Shown piece after piece: positions 25,994 to 36,084 of a DNA stretch of 64,000 nucleotides. Position 1 is the stretch's first letter. Each line of letters opens with the position of its first letter. Source of the stretch: an uncultured Lachnospiraceae bacterium (GTDB lineage Bacteria > Bacillota > Clostridia > Oscillospirales > CAG-272); assembly GCA_964490165.1 (NCBI GenBank), contig CAZBAR010000008.1:915-64914 (forward strand), given 5' to 3'. A model generated the notes under the pieces. The model worked only from the letters and a program-made list of their open reading frames with translations, ran no database searches and was not told the DNA's origin. The position numbers and the translations under genes were made by a program.

Positions 25994-26980
25994 ATGCTTG
26001 GTGAAAGAGACTATGTTTTTGCGTCGTCCTTTCTTCGCGCCGCCGACGGCCGCGGCACGCCCCGCGAGCGCCTCGCGCGTTTCGGAGAGGCGTCGTCAAA
26101 GGAGTCGCTTCGCGCGGCTGTCGCGGAAGCCTACGGTATTGCAGGCGGTGCAGACATATACGAGAGAGTTCTCGGTGATGCAGCAGAAAAAATGCGCGGC
26201 GCTCTGCCCGATTTTTCGGTCATGTATCCGCTGCTTTTCAAATACGACTGTAACAACATAAAAACGGCGATAAAGTGCGCCGTCAAAAATACTGATCCCG
26301 ACGGACTGATGTTTTCTTTCGGAGCGATCAGCCCCGACACGGTCATAAGCTGTGCAAAAAAATCAAGCTTTTCCGCTCTGCCTGACTACGCTTCGTCTAT
26401 GCGCCGGGCGGCACAGGAGGCTATGCATTTATACCGCAAGACCGGAGAAGCGAGAGCGATCGATCTGATGCTTGACGCCGCGTGCTTTAAGGATATGAAG
26501 AAAGCTGCCGATGAGGGCGGTGTTGAGCTTATAAAAAACATCGTTACCCTTCGCGCAGACGGCACAAATATTATGACGTGCCTTCGGATCGCGGCTGCCG
26601 GCTTGCAGCCTGCTACCGCCGTATCTCTGACAGAGCGCGCATTTGTCAGCGGCGGAGATATTCCGCTGTCGGCATTTCTCACAGCAGACGGCGGCACTGC
26701 CGACGCTGAGAGTGCGGCAAAAAAAGCGCCATACGGATCTGTCAGCGCCGACGCCGCACGCCGTGCCGCCAAGGCTGACGGCTTTGCAGCGGCAGAAAAG
26801 GTAATTGACGAGGCTGTGCTGGCCCTTGCAGACAAATTTCGCTTCAAGCCCTTCGGCGCTGAGGTAGCAGTCAGATTTTTCCTCATAAGAGAAGCGGAAA
26901 TGACTAACTGCCGCATTATCGAGGCTGCCATGAGCGGAGACGGAAGCGTCAAAGAGAGGATGCGTAAGGCTTATGTATAA
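25994..26980 (+). CDS. ntpC: V-type ATPase subunit C (d-like)
   Basis: 328-aa helical protein between ntpE and ntpG, as in ntp operons. Confidence 0.78.
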   Translation: MLGERDYVFASSFLRAADGRGTPRERLARFGEASSKESLRAAVAEAYGIAGGADIYERVLGDAAEKMRGALPDFSVMYPLLFKYDCNNIKTAIKCAVKNTDPDGLMFSFGAISPDTVISCAKKSSFSALPDYASSMRRAAQEAMHLYRKTGEARAIDLMLDAACFKDMKKAADEGGVELIKNIVTLRADGTNIMTCLRIAAAGLQPATAVSLTERAFVSGGDIPLSAFLTADGGTADAESAAKKAPYGSVSADAARRAAKADGFAAAEKVIDEAVLALADKFRFKPFGAEVAVRFFLIREAEMTNCRIIEAAMSGDGSVKERMRKAYV

Positions 26981-27290
26981 AATAGGTGTTATCGGTCAGC
27001 GCGAGAGAGTGTCATGCTTTATGGCTGCCGGATTTTCGGTGTACGTTGCATCCGGCCCCGATGAAGCGGCTGCCGCTCTGAAAAAGGCAAAAAGCGAGGA
27101 CTGTGCCGTAATATATATAGTTCCCGAGCTTTGCAACGGCATTGAAAATGACATTGACAAGCTTTCGGGAGAGGTGCTGCCCGCTGTTATTCCCCTGCCC
27201 GAAGCAGGGGGCGGCATAGGAATAAGACAAATGAGCCGCGCCGTGGAAAGAGCTGTCGGCGCAGATATTATATTTAAGGAACGGTCATAA
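26973..27290 (+). CDS. ntpG: V-type ATPase subunit F (E. hirae NtpG)
   Basis: 105 aa, [24 protein letters not shown]..., subunit-F-like. It overlaps both neighbouring genes. Confidence 0.82.
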   Translation: MYKIGVIGQRERVSCFMAAGFSVYVASGPDEAAAALKKAKSEDCAVIYIVPELCNGIENDIDKLSGEVLPAVIPLPEAGGGIGIRQMSRAVERAVGADIIFKERS

Positions 27291-29062
27291 TGATGGTAGA
27301 AGGAAGAATAGTTAAAATATCGGGTCCTCTCGTTATTGCCGAGGGTATGCGAGAGGCAAATATGTTCGATGTGGTGCACGTCGGCGAAGGAAACCTCGTT
27401 GGCGAGATCATCGAGATACACGGCGACAGAGCTTCTATACAGGTCTACGAGGAAACGGCGGGACTGGGACGCGGCGAGCGCGTTGTGTCCACCGGTGCGC
27501 CTCTGTCTGTAGAGCTGGGCCCCGGCATAGTTACAAATATTTACGACGGAATTCAGCGTCCTCTTGAAAAAATGTACGAGCTTTGCGGCGCGAACATTCA
27601 GCGCGGAGTATCACTGCCCGCTCTTGACAGAGAGAAAAAGTGGACGTTTGTTGCCACTCTGAAATCAGGTACACCTGTATCCGCGGGCGATATTTTGGGC
27701 TACGTAGACGAAACCGAGGTCATCCGCCACAAGATAATGGTACCTATCGGCGTCAGCGGAACTGTCAAGGAGCTGTTTTCGGGTGAGTACACCGTCACAG
27801 ACAGAGTAGGTATTATTGAGACTGAGAACGGCGACATCGACGTAACGCTTATGCAGAAATGGCCTGTACGTATCAGCCGTCCCTACAGTCAGAAGCTGCC
27901 GCCCAGCGAGCCTATGGTAACCGGTCAGCGCGTTATAGATATGATGTTCCCCATTGCAAAGGGCGGTACGGCCTGCGTTCCCGGCCCCTTCGGCTCCGGC
28001 AAGACCGTCGTTCAGCATCAGCTGGCAAAGTGGAGCAACGTTGACCTTGTTGTATACATCGGCTGCGGAGAGCGCGGCAACGAAATGACTGACGTTCTGG
28101 GCGAATTTCCCGAGATAATCGACCCCCGCAACGGCGAGACCCTGATGAAGCGCACCGTGCTCATTGCCAACACATCGGATATGCCTGTTGCGGCAAGAGA
28201 GGCGTCAATATACACAGGTATCACCATTGCCGAATACTTCCGCGATATGGGATATTCGGTTGCAGTAATAGCAGACTCCACCTCCCGTTGGGCGGAGGCA
28301 TTGCGCGAAATGTCAGGCAGACTTGAAGAAATGCCCGGCGACGAGGGTTATCCTGCTTACCTGACATCACGTCTTGCGCAGTTTTACGAGCGCGCAGGCG
28401 ATGTTGTGTGCCTCGGCAGCGACGGACGCCGCGGCTCACTGTCCGCGATAGGCGCAGTCAGCCCTCAGGGCGGAGATATTTCCGAGCCTGTATCGCAGGC
28501 GACACTGCGAATCGTAAAGGTATTCTGGGGACTTGACTCAAGCCTTGCATACCGCCGTCACTTCCCGGCAATAAACTGGCTGAACTCCTACTCTCTGTAC
28601 AAGGACAGACTGGAAGCGTGGTTCTCCGAAAACATAAATTCAAAATGGACAAAAAATGCAGCAGAGCTTTCAAAGATCCTACAGGAGGAAGCCGAGCTTG
28701 AAGAGATAGTTAAGCTTGTAGGCGTTGACGCTCTGTCACCCACAGACAGGCTTACCCTTGAAGTAGCGCAGTCTGTAAGAGAAGACTATTTGCAGCAGAA
28801 CGCCTTCTCCGACACCGACTCCTACACCCCCATGGAGGAGCAATTCGCGCTGGTATCGCTTATTCTGTATTTCAGAGACAGCGCGCTGGAGGCGCTGGAT
28901 AAGGGCGCCGACATACAGCGTATAGCCGATCTGCCCGTAAGAGAGCGCATAGGCCGTGCAAAAGCCGCGCCTGCGGACAAATTTGAAGAAGAATACGCAG
29001 ATATCCGCCGTGAAATAGACCGCCAGCTTGACGCGCTGTGCCGTGAGAGGAGCGATGACTGA
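27290..29062 (+). CDS. ntpA: V-type ATPase catalytic subunit A
   Basis: 590 aa with Walker [10 protein letters not shown] and the non-homologous-region architecture typical of A subunits. Confidence 0.96.
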   Translation: MMVEGRIVKISGPLVIAEGMREANMFDVVHVGEGNLVGEIIEIHGDRASIQVYEETAGLGRGERVVSTGAPLSVELGPGIVTNIYDGIQRPLEKMYELCGANIQRGVSLPALDREKKWTFVATLKSGTPVSAGDILGYVDETEVIRHKIMVPIGVSGTVKELFSGEYTVTDRVGIIETENGDIDVTLMQKWPVRISRPYSQKLPPSEPMVTGQRVIDMMFPIAKGGTACVPGPFGSGKTVVQHQLAKWSNVDLVVYIGCGERGNEMTDVLGEFPEIIDPRNGETLMKRTVLIANTSDMPVAAREASIYTGITIAEYFRDMGYSVAVIADSTSRWAEALREMSGRLEEMPGDEGYPAYLTSRLAQFYERAGDVVCLGSDGRRGSLSAIGAVSPQGGDISEPVSQATLRIVKVFWGLDSSLAYRRHFPAINWLNSYSLYKDRLEAWFSENINSKWTKNAAELSKILQEEAELEEIVKLVGVDALSPTDRLTLEVAQSVREDYLQQNAFSDTDSYTPMEEQFALVSLILYFRDSALEALDKGADIQRIADLPVRERIGRAKAAPADKFEEEYADIRREIDRQLDALCRERSDD

Positions 29063-30459
29063 TGAGAAAGGAATATAAGACCATAGAAGAGGTCGCCGGC
29101 CCTCTGATGCTTGTGAAAAAGGTGGACGGCGTAAAATATGACGAGCTCGGAGAGATCGAGCTGCCGGGCGGCGAAGTCCGCCGCTGTCGCGTGCTTGAAA
29201 TAGACGGCTCAAACGTGCTTGTTCAGCTTTTTGAAAACGCGCAGGGTCTGAACCTTGCAAAGTCAAAGGTACGCTTTTCGGGTCACGGCATAGAATTGCC
29301 CGTATCCCGCGATATGCTGGGACGAGTATTTTCCGGTATGGGCGAGCCTATTGACGGAGGCCCGCGCATTATTCCCGAAAAAAGCCTCAACATAAACGGA
29401 ACGCCCATAAACCCTGCGGCGCGCCGCTATCCCTCTGAATTTATTCAGACGGGCGTTTCCACCATTGACGGACTTAACACCCTTGTACGCGGTCAGAAGC
29501 TGCCGATCTTCTCAGGTTCCGGACTTCCCCACGCAAATCTGGCTGCTCAGATCGCCAGACAGGCAAAGGTTATAGGAGACGACGGCTCGAAATTCGCCGT
29601 TGTGTTTGCCGCAGTGGGAATCACCTTTGAGGAAGCCGACTTCTTTATATCCGATTTTAAGAAAACAGGCGCTATAGACAGAACGGTAATGTTTGTAAAC
29701 CTTGCAAGCGACCCTGCAATAGAGCGTATCTCTACGCCGAAAATGGCGCTGAGCGCCGCTGAATATCTGGCGTTTGAGTGCGATATGCACGTGCTTGTAA
29801 TCATAACCGACATTACAAACTACGCCGAGGCGCTGCGCGAGGTATCAGCAGCACGCAAGGAGGTTCCCGGTCGCCGCGGATATCCCGGCTATCTGTACAC
29901 CGACCTTGCTACCATGTACGAACGCGCAGGCAGAAAGCTCGGCAGTGAGGGATCTATTACCATGATCCCTATCCTCACCATGCCTGAGGATGATAAGACC
30001 CACCCCATTCCCGACCTTACGGGCTACATTACCGAGGGTCAGATAATCCTCTCGCGCGAGATGTACCGCAAGGGCTATATGCCCCCTGTTGACGTACTGC
30101 CCTCTCTGTCGCGACTGAAGGACAAGGGTATCGGCGCCGGTAAGACACGTGAGGATCACGCCGACACAATGAACCAGCTGTTCTCAAGCTACGCAAGAGG
30201 ACGCGATGCAAAAGAGCTTATGGTGGTTCTCGGCGAGGCGGCGCTGACCCCCGTAGACAGGCTTTACGCCAAATTTGCCGATGAATTTGAGAAAAAGTAT
30301 ATAAATCAGGGCTTTTACGAAAACCGCACCATTGAGGAGACCCTTGATATCGGTTGGTCGCTTCTGAAAATACTGCCCCGCAGCGAGATGAAGCGAATAA
30401 AACCTGCGCTTCTGGACAAATACTGGCCGCTTGAGACCGACGCTGACAGTCAGGAGTAA
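29062..30459 (+). CDS. ntpB: V-type ATPase subunit B
   Basis: 465 aa, [18 protein letters not shown]...[18 protein letters not shown], a B-subunit sequence. Confidence 0.96.
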   Translation: MRKEYKTIEEVAGPLMLVKKVDGVKYDELGEIELPGGEVRRCRVLEIDGSNVLVQLFENAQGLNLAKSKVRFSGHGIELPVSRDMLGRVFSGMGEPIDGGPRIIPEKSLNINGTPINPAARRYPSEFIQTGVSTIDGLNTLVRGQKLPIFSGSGLPHANLAAQIARQAKVIGDDGSKFAVVFAAVGITFEEADFFISDFKKTGAIDRTVMFVNLASDPAIERISTPKMALSAAEYLAFECDMHVLVIITDITNYAEALREVSAARKEVPGRRGYPGYLYTDLATMYERAGRKLGSEGSITMIPILTMPEDDKTHPIPDLTGYITEGQIILSREMYRKGYMPPVDVLPSLSRLKDKGIGAGKTREDHADTMNQLFSSYARGRDAKELMVVLGEAALTPVDRLYAKFADEFEKKYINQGFYENRTIEETLDIGWSLLKILPRSEMKRIKPALLDKYWPLETDADSQE

Positions 30460-30464
30460 GAGAC

Positions 30465-31136
30465 ATGGCAGAATTGAAGGTCAACCCCACCAGAATGGAG
30501 CTGAAGCGCCTTAAAGGCAAGCTTGCCACGGCAAGGCGCGGCCATAAGCTCCTGAAGGATAAGCGGGACGAGCTGATGAAGCAGTTTCTTGACATCGTTC
30601 GCGAGGCAAAGGCACTTCGTGAGAGCCTTTGCGGAAGCTTTGAGGACGTGTATTCAAAATTCGAGACGGCAGCGGCGCTGACCGATCCGAAAATGATGAG
30701 CGAAGCACTGCTTATGCCCGGAACCGAGGGCGAGCTGACGGTGGGCGAAAGAAATATAATGAGCGTCCGTGTGCCGCAATTTGAATACAAAACAAAAAGC
30801 ACTGCCGAGGGCGGCGGTGCAGGCTACGGTTATGCGTTTACCTCAGGCGAGCTTGACGCGGCTGCGTCATCCATATCCGCTATCACTCCGCGGCTTGTGC
30901 GCCTTGCCCAGCTTGAAAAATCGGCGATGCTTCTGTGCGACGAAATAGAGCGTACGCGCAGACGCGTAAACGCGCTGGAATATATTATGATACCGCAGTA
31001 TGAAAGAACGGTAAAAACCATAACAATGAAGCTCGATGAAAACGAGCGCAGCTCACAGACAAGACTTATGAAGGTCAAGGATATGATGGTAAAACAGTCC
31101 CTTGCCGCAAAGCATAAGGATATGGAAGAAGAATAG
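30465..31136 (+). CDS. ntpD: V-type ATPase central-stalk subunit D
   Basis: 223 aa, MAELKVNPTRMELKRLKGKLATARRGHKLLKDKRDEL, the canonical subunit D N-terminus. Confidence 0.93.
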   Translation: MAELKVNPTRMELKRLKGKLATARRGHKLLKDKRDELMKQFLDIVREAKALRESLCGSFEDVYSKFETAAALTDPKMMSEALLMPGTEGELTVGERNIMSVRVPQFEYKTKSTAEGGGAGYGYAFTSGELDAAASSISAITPRLVRLAQLEKSAMLLCDEIERTRRRVNALEYIMIPQYERTVKTITMKLDENERSSQTRLMKVKDMMVKQSLAAKHKDMEEE

Positions 31137-31203
31137 ACAATTCCACAGTCTCGCTCAAAAGACTGGCGAAAACTTTTAGCCTTTTTATTGCCTTTCTTTT
31201 ATC

Positions 31204-31259
31204 CAAAAAGGTTTTGAAAGGGTTTCAGGGGAAACTTTTCCTTAAAAAGTTTCCCCTGA
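31204..31259. repeat. Intergenic repeat, family 2 (copy C); its hairpin also serves as the ntp operon terminator
   Basis: CAAAAAGGTTTTGAAAGGGTTTCAGGGGAAACTTTTCCTTAAAAAGTTTCCCCTGA, about 85 percent identical by eye to 41511-41561. Confidence 0.75.
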
Positions 31260-31265
31260 TTTTTT
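31226..31265 (+). terminator. ntp operon terminator
   Basis: CAGGGGAAACTTTT-CCTT-AAAAAGTTTCCCCTG followed by ATTTTTT. Confidence 0.75.
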
Positions 31266-31285
31266 CACACTATTTTATTTCAGCT

Positions 31286-31900
31286 TTATTTCAGCGATCT
31301 GCAATACTCTGCCGCGTCAAAGGCATCGAGGGGGGTATTGCTTTTCAAATACAGCGGATGATGCGGGTGTCCGCGTTTTTTGGAACGAGCGCCTGCGGTA
31401 TACCACTGTGCGCCGTAGCGCTCGCCTATACTTATCATGTCCATAACACAGTCCGTAAGATACGCGCGCTTTTCGATTATAGCGCCCCACGCCGCCCAGA
31501 CGGCAGGTGCGGACCCTGACATTTTCAGAATATATTCAAACGCCCGCATATTCTCACGGTGCATATCAGCGTTTAGCTCCCTTTCCATATGATCGGGATT
31601 TGTGGCGCGCTGAGCGTAAACATTGAACATTATGAAGCTGTCGTAGCCGTTTGCCAGAGCTATTCGTTCGGCGCTTTTCAGCGTGTTGTCGAGATTATCA
31701 GGCTCGGCAGTAGACGGATTTATGCCGACGCATATAAGCGGATCATTGCCAACAGTACCCAGAATATAACGGTACTCTGAATAGAAATCGGGCACGTATA
31801 TCCACTTGTCCCTGTCGTAGGTGCAGACCTCTGAGGGGCGCAGTGCGTCCTCAAAGCTGAGCACGCCTGCCTCGGCTGTAGTCATCGACGGAATATGCAT
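31286..31900 (-). CDS. DUF1643 domain protein
   Basis: LICVGINPSTAEPDNLDNTLKSAERIALANGYDSFIMFNVYAQRATNP matches the DUF1643 core as I remember it. The TAATG junction suggests translational coupling to the upstream HAD gene. Confidence 0.65.
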   Translation of the reverse strand: MHIPSMTTAEAGVLSFEDALRPSEVCTYDRDKWIYVPDFYSEYRYILGTVGNDPLICVGINPSTAEPDNLDNTLKSAERIALANGYDSFIMFNVYAQRATNPDHMERELNADMHRENMRAFEYILKMSGSAPAVWAAWGAIIEKRAYLTDCVMDMISIGERYGAQWYTAGARSKKRGHPHHPLYLKSNTPLDAFDAAEYCRSLK

Positions 31901-32550
31901 TATTTTTCACCAAGCCTTTCATAAAGTGCCGCAGCGTCGGAAACGATAACGTTTGCTCCGGCGGCAGTCAGTGTAGCTCTGTCTCTGAAGCCCCAGTCCA
32001 CAAAAATACCGTCTATTCCCGCATTTTTCGCCGTGGCGACATCCACCTCAGAGTCGCCCACATATACGGGGCGGGACGCGTCCAAAAGACGTACCGCCTC
32101 AAAAACAGAATCGGGAGCGGGCTTTTTCTCTATCCCCTCTCTCTCGCCTAGCGCCGCCTTAATAAGTCCGTTAAAATATGTATCTGACAGCTTTTTCACG
32201 GCAAAATCTGCTTTGTTTGAAACAATGGCGCACGGCACACCGTCACTCTTCAGCTTTTCAAGCAGCTCCGTTACACCGTCATAGGGCCTTGTATTGTCCT
32301 CACAGTGCGCGCTGTAGTAGCTCTTGAAGCGCTCAAATACCGCGTTCGCAGTCTCGGAAGACGTTCCGTCTGGAACGGCGCGCTCTATAAGCAAACGGAT
32401 ACCGTTGCCGACAAACCGCCTTACCTCTTCAAGCGAGCGTGCAGGTAATTTCTCTGCTTCAAGCGACGCCTGCACCGCCGAATGCAGATCGTCAAGAGTA
32501 TTCAGAAGCGTGCCGTCAAGGTCAAAAATGACCGCATCGTATTTTATCAT
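31900..32550 (-). CDS. HAD-superfamily hydrolase (phosphoglycolate phosphatase-like)
   Basis: MIKYDAVIFDLDGTLLNT (HAD motif I), VSNK (motif II), and YVGDSEVDVATAKNAG (motifs III/IV). Confidence 0.82.
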   Translation of the reverse strand: MIKYDAVIFDLDGTLLNTLDDLHSAVQASLEAEKLPARSLEEVRRFVGNGIRLLIERAVPDGTSSETANAVFERFKSYYSAHCEDNTRPYDGVTELLEKLKSDGVPCAIVSNKADFAVKKLSDTYFNGLIKAALGEREGIEKKPAPDSVFEAVRLLDASRPVYVGDSEVDVATAKNAGIDGIFVDWGFRDRATLTAAGANVIVSDAAALYERLGEK

Positions 32551-32769
32551 TATTATGACCACACCTTTCTTTAGGTTTGTGTCGGTCCCGCTGTAAGCGG
32601 AATTCGCCCGTGCTGTCCGGACGAAAAGCACAAATCGTGTCTAAAAACGCTATACTGTCGATTTATGTTCAACTTTATTTTCAGACTTACACCTCATCAT
32701 TCCCCGCATTACCGGACTTGACTTTTTTTCGCAATTGAGATATACTGAAAAAAGTCGGAGGTGAGTGCC

Positions 32770-33249
32770 GTGAGAGATATTGAAAGAGACAAATATTTTA
32801 TGGCGCTTGCCATAGAAGAAGCAAGGAAATGCGCCGAGCTGGACGAAGTGCCCGTAGGCGCTGTTATAGTCCGCGGTAACGAGGTCATTGCCGCGTCGGG
32901 CAACGGCCGCGAAACTGAAAAGGACGCAACTGCCCATGCGGAAACGACTGCCATAAGCGCCGCGTGCCGCGCTTTGGGCGGCTGGAGACTCGTGGGCTGC
33001 GAGCTGTTCGTTACCCTTGAGCCGTGCCCTATGTGTGCAGGCGCTATTATCAATTCCCGCGTGCCGGCAGTCATTATCGGCGCCCACGACCCCAAGGCAG
33101 GAGCGCTGGGCAGCATAACAGATCTTTCTGCGCTGCCGCTGAACCACAAGCCGGAGATAGTTTTCGGCGTTATGGAAGACGAATGCGCCGAGCTGCTGAG
33201 AAGCTTTTTCAGAGAAAAGCGCGCACGGGGAATCAGGTGGAAGAAATAG
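32770..33249 (+). CDS. tadA: tRNA-specific adenosine deaminase
   Basis: HAETTAI...LEPCPMCAGAI deaminase zinc motifs. GTG 32770 lies 8 nt after GGAGG. The track start at 32761 overlaps the SD. Confidence 0.92.
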   Translation: MRDIERDKYFMALAIEEARKCAELDEVPVGAVIVRGNEVIAASGNGRETEKDATAHAETTAISAACRALGGWRLVGCELFVTLEPCPMCAGAIINSRVPAVIIGAHDPKAGALGSITDLSALPLNHKPEIVFGVMEDECAELLRSFFREKRARGIRWKK

Positions 33250-33254
33250 CAAAG

Positions 33255-33455
33255 TGAACAAAAGGGGGGCGCTCTCTGCGGAGCGCAGTACATTCCCGCC
33301 CGTGGTGGGAAGTACGACCCTCTGGACTCCGTGACGGCTTAGGTGTTTCGACCTCTGCGGAGGTCGATTTAGGGCTTTGCCCCTACTTCCGCGCAGCGGA
33401 ATGTAGTAACCCCACAAGCTCCCCAAAAAGCTTGACCAAAACTTTTAGTTATTGC
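33255..33455. repeat. Intergenic hairpin-repeat element, family 1 (copy D, longest)
   Basis: Hairpins GCGCTCTCTGCGGAGCGC, ACATTCCC..GGGAAGT, TCGACCTCTGCGGAGGTCGA and CTACTTCCGC..GCGGAATGTAG, then ..CCCCAAAAAGCTTGACCAAAACTTTTAGTTATT. Confidence 0.75.
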
Positions 33456-33506
33456 TATGCCAATTTAGTTTTTCGACAGTCTGAAACGTCCTTAAATGGA
33501 CGTTTT

Positions 33507-35342
33507 TTATTTCAGCAAGCGCATCGAATTGCTGACAGCAAGGATGCACACGCCTACGTCGGCAAGCACTGCGGCCCACATACCGACCAGATTCAACGCC
33601 GCGAGGATCAGCACCGCAAGCTTTACACCCAGCGACAGGATTATATTTACCCGCACCGTGCGAACCGTTCTGCGGCAAAGCTTTTTAGTTTCCGCCAGCT
33701 TTGTAAGATCGCCGCTCATCAGTACAACGTCTGCCGCCTCGATCGCCGCGCCGCTTCCTATAGCGCCCATTGCCACGCCTACATCGGCGCGTGCAAGGGA
33801 GGGTGCGTCATTTATTCCGTCGCCGACATACATAACGCAGCCGTCGCCGCAAAGCCGTTCTATATTTTCAAATTTTTCATCGGGCATAAGTCCTGTCAGC
33901 AGCTCGTCAACACCCACCTCGTCAGCCACAGCTGCAGCGGCGCTGCTGCTGTCGCCCGTAAGCATAACGCAGTGCTTTACTCCGTTTTGCCGAAGTGAAG
34001 CAAGCGCCTTTGCCGCACCGGGCTTTACAGTATCGGAAAGATATATGCGCCCGGCATATACGCCGTCAACGCTGACGTCAACAGCCGTTTTTGAAACAGG
34101 CTTCTCGGGGCGAAGCACCGATACGCGTCTGCCGTCCGAAAGTACAGCTTCGACACCCTTACCGGATACCTCCGTAACACTCTGAGCCTTTGCGACTTCG
34201 GAGGCGCAGCTGAATATCGCCTTTGCTATCGGGTGCGACGAGCTTTGCTCAGCTGCTGCCGCCGCCGCTATCAGCGCGTCCACGCTCCATCCGTCCGCGC
34301 ACTCAACGCCCGATACGGACAGTCTGCCCTCGGTAACCGTTCCGGTTTTATCAAACACCGCAATGTCAACTGCGGCAAGCGTATCTGCAAAGGCGGAGCC
34401 TTTTATAAGTATTCCTTTTTTTGACGCGTTGCCAAGTCCGCAGAAGTAACCCAGCGGAACTGAAATAACAAGCGCGCAGGGACAGGAAATTACAAGCATA
34501 CTGACAGCCCGCCTTCCCCACTCAGGCAAAAGCTCAAGATATGCCGCGCCGCTGCCAAGCATAATAATAAGCGGCGGCAAAAATGCAATTATCAGAGCCA
34601 GCAGTGCCACGCAGGGGGTATATACCTTTGCAAAGCGGGTAATAAACGCCTCGGAGCGCGTTTTTCTCTCGCCCGCAGTCTCGGTAAGGCGCAGTATTCT
34701 GCCCGCCGCGCTGTCCTCCGGCAGATTTTCAACCGCTGCCGTAACAAGTCCCGTTTGATTTATGCATCCGGAATACAGCATATCGCCGACCGACGCATCG
34801 CGGGGAACGCTCTCACCCGTTACAGGTGATGTGTCGACAGCAGTTTCGCCGCTGAGAATAGTGCAATCGGTGGGAATGCGCTCGCCCGCGCGTATCTGCA
34901 AGGTATCTCCTATTTTAACATCAGACGCCGGGATCTCAACAAATTCGCCGTCTCTCAGCACTCTTGCGCTGTCGGGGCAAAGCTGACTCAGCTCGCGTAT
35001 TGCGCTGCGCGATCTGCCCACGGCAATAGACTGAAACAGCTCGCCTACCTGATAAAGTATCATAACAGCCGCACATTCGGGGTACTCGCCGAGAACCACC
35101 GCACCCACTGCGGCAACGGTCATCAGCGTATTTTCGTCAAAAAATTCACCGCGAAAAATTCCACGAACAGCTCTTACAACACACATAATACCCGCGGCGG
35201 CGCCTGCTGCGGCAAACAGTATCGCGCTGACAATATCAGCGCCGAGCAAAGCTGCGATGCCGCCCGCCGCAAACAGTACCGCGCCTGAAGCGATAGACAA
35301 CAGGCGCTTTTTTTGTACCTTGGTAAGCTTTGTTTTTTTCAT
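33507..35342 (-). CDS. Heavy-metal (Cd/Zn/Co-type) P1B-type ATPase lacking an N-terminal HMA domain
   Basis: The CPC transmembrane motif (SCPCALVISVP), DKTGTVTEG, and GDGINDAPSLA. Length is 611 aa. Confidence 0.9.
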   Translation of the reverse strand: MKKTKLTKVQKKRLLSIASGAVLFAAGGIAALLGADIVSAILFAAAGAAAGIMCVVRAVRGIFRGEFFDENTLMTVAAVGAVVLGEYPECAAVMILYQVGELFQSIAVGRSRSAIRELSQLCPDSARVLRDGEFVEIPASDVKIGDTLQIRAGERIPTDCTILSGETAVDTSPVTGESVPRDASVGDMLYSGCINQTGLVTAAVENLPEDSAAGRILRLTETAGERKTRSEAFITRFAKVYTPCVALLALIIAFLPPLIIMLGSGAAYLELLPEWGRRAVSMLVISCPCALVISVPLGYFCGLGNASKKGILIKGSAFADTLAAVDIAVFDKTGTVTEGRLSVSGVECADGWSVDALIAAAAAAEQSSSHPIAKAIFSCASEVAKAQSVTEVSGKGVEAVLSDGRRVSVLRPEKPVSKTAVDVSVDGVYAGRIYLSDTVKPGAAKALASLRQNGVKHCVMLTGDSSSAAAAVADEVGVDELLTGLMPDEKFENIERLCGDGCVMYVGDGINDAPSLARADVGVAMGAIGSGAAIEAADVVLMSGDLTKLAETKKLCRRTVRTVRVNIILSLGVKLAVLILAALNLVGMWAAVLADVGVCILAVSNSMRLLK

Positions 35343-35560
35343 ATTTCCTCTATCTCGCAGTCAGGCTCCACCTTGCGGACAGCCTTCGCCGCCTTTTTCA
35401 TAATTGCGGGAAAATCCTTTTCCTCTGCCTCAACAGTGAGCTTCAAAACAAGAAAATCCACTCTTGCGCTTATAACGCCGTCAATTGCAGCGATCGCATC
35501 CTGAACCTTGCCCGCGCAAACGGGGCAGTCGAGATCTGTAAGTCTGAAAGTCTTTGTCAT
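35339..35560 (-). CDS. Stand-alone heavy-metal-associated (HMA) domain protein
   Basis: 73 aa, MTKTFRLTDLDCPVCAGKVQDAI... (CxxC metal site). The ATGA junction overlaps the ATPase start. Confidence 0.8.
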   Translation of the reverse strand: MTKTFRLTDLDCPVCAGKVQDAIAAIDGVISARVDFLVLKLTVEAEEKDFPAIMKKAAKAVRKVEPDCEIEEI

Positions 35561-35587
35561 TTTTGTATATCTCCTTATAAATAAAAT

Positions 35588-35917
35588 TTACTCTGTAATA
35601 TGCTCCATGCCGCACTCGATTATCTCGCGCACATGGTCGTCTGCAAGGCAGTAATACACAGTCTTGCCGTCGCGCCTGTAGCGCACCAGTCTCGCACCCT
35701 TCAGAATACGCAGCTGGTGTGATACTGCCGACTGAGACACACCCAAAAGCTCAGATATGTGCTGCACACACATCTCGCCGGTGAACAGAATATAAAGTAT
35801 CTTTACCCTTGTGGTGTCGCCGAATATTTTGTACAGTTCCGCAAGATCGTACAGTATTTCGTCGTCCGGCAGAGCATTTGCCGCGCCCTCAAAATCGTCC
35901 TTGTGCGTTTCTTCCAT
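35588..35917 (-). CDS. ArsR/SmtB-family metal-responsive repressor
   Basis: LAELYKIFGDTTRVKILYILFTGEMCVQHISELLGVSQSAVSHQLRILK. ATG 35917 lies 7 nt after GGAGGG. Confidence 0.88.
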   Translation of the reverse strand: MEETHKDDFEGAANALPDDEILYDLAELYKIFGDTTRVKILYILFTGEMCVQHISELLGVSQSAVSHQLRILKGARLVRYRRDGKTVYYCLADDHVREIIECGMEHITE

Positions 35918-36038
35918 ATCAGCGCCCTCCTTTTTCAAACATATGAATAACTGTTCATATGTTCATTATACGCAGTTTTTCTCATGTGTCAATAGTTTTT
36001 CAGAAAAAATTTCAAAAAACTATTGACAAAACGCTTTG

Positions 36039-36070
36039 GTTGTATTATTGTATTATTACACTAATACAAC
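36039..36070 (+). promoter_or_regulatory. Candidate YtrA-type operator overlapping the promoter of the GntR-ABC operon
   Basis: GTTGTATTA..TAATACAAC inverted repeat with an internal TGTATTAT direct repeat, just downstream of TTGACA (36023-36028). Confidence 0.45.
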
Positions 36071-36084
36071 AGGGAGGTACAGAA

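Noticed and set aside
22686-26099. Minus-strand ORFs (22686-23270, 23005-24093, 25272-26099, 26386-26952) within the ntp operon
   Set aside because: All are antisense to well-conserved V-ATPase subunits. Their Arg/Ala/Ser-rich compositions are typical of reverse-frame artefacts.
33250-33470. Possible SRP (4.5S/scRNA) gene downstream of tadA, as in Bacillus
   Set aside because: I could not find the conserved domain IV features (GNAR tetraloop with the flanking AGGA/AGCA symmetric loop, as in ...GGUCCGGAAGGAAGCAGCC...). The segment is instead collinear with two other intergenic repeat copies in this window.
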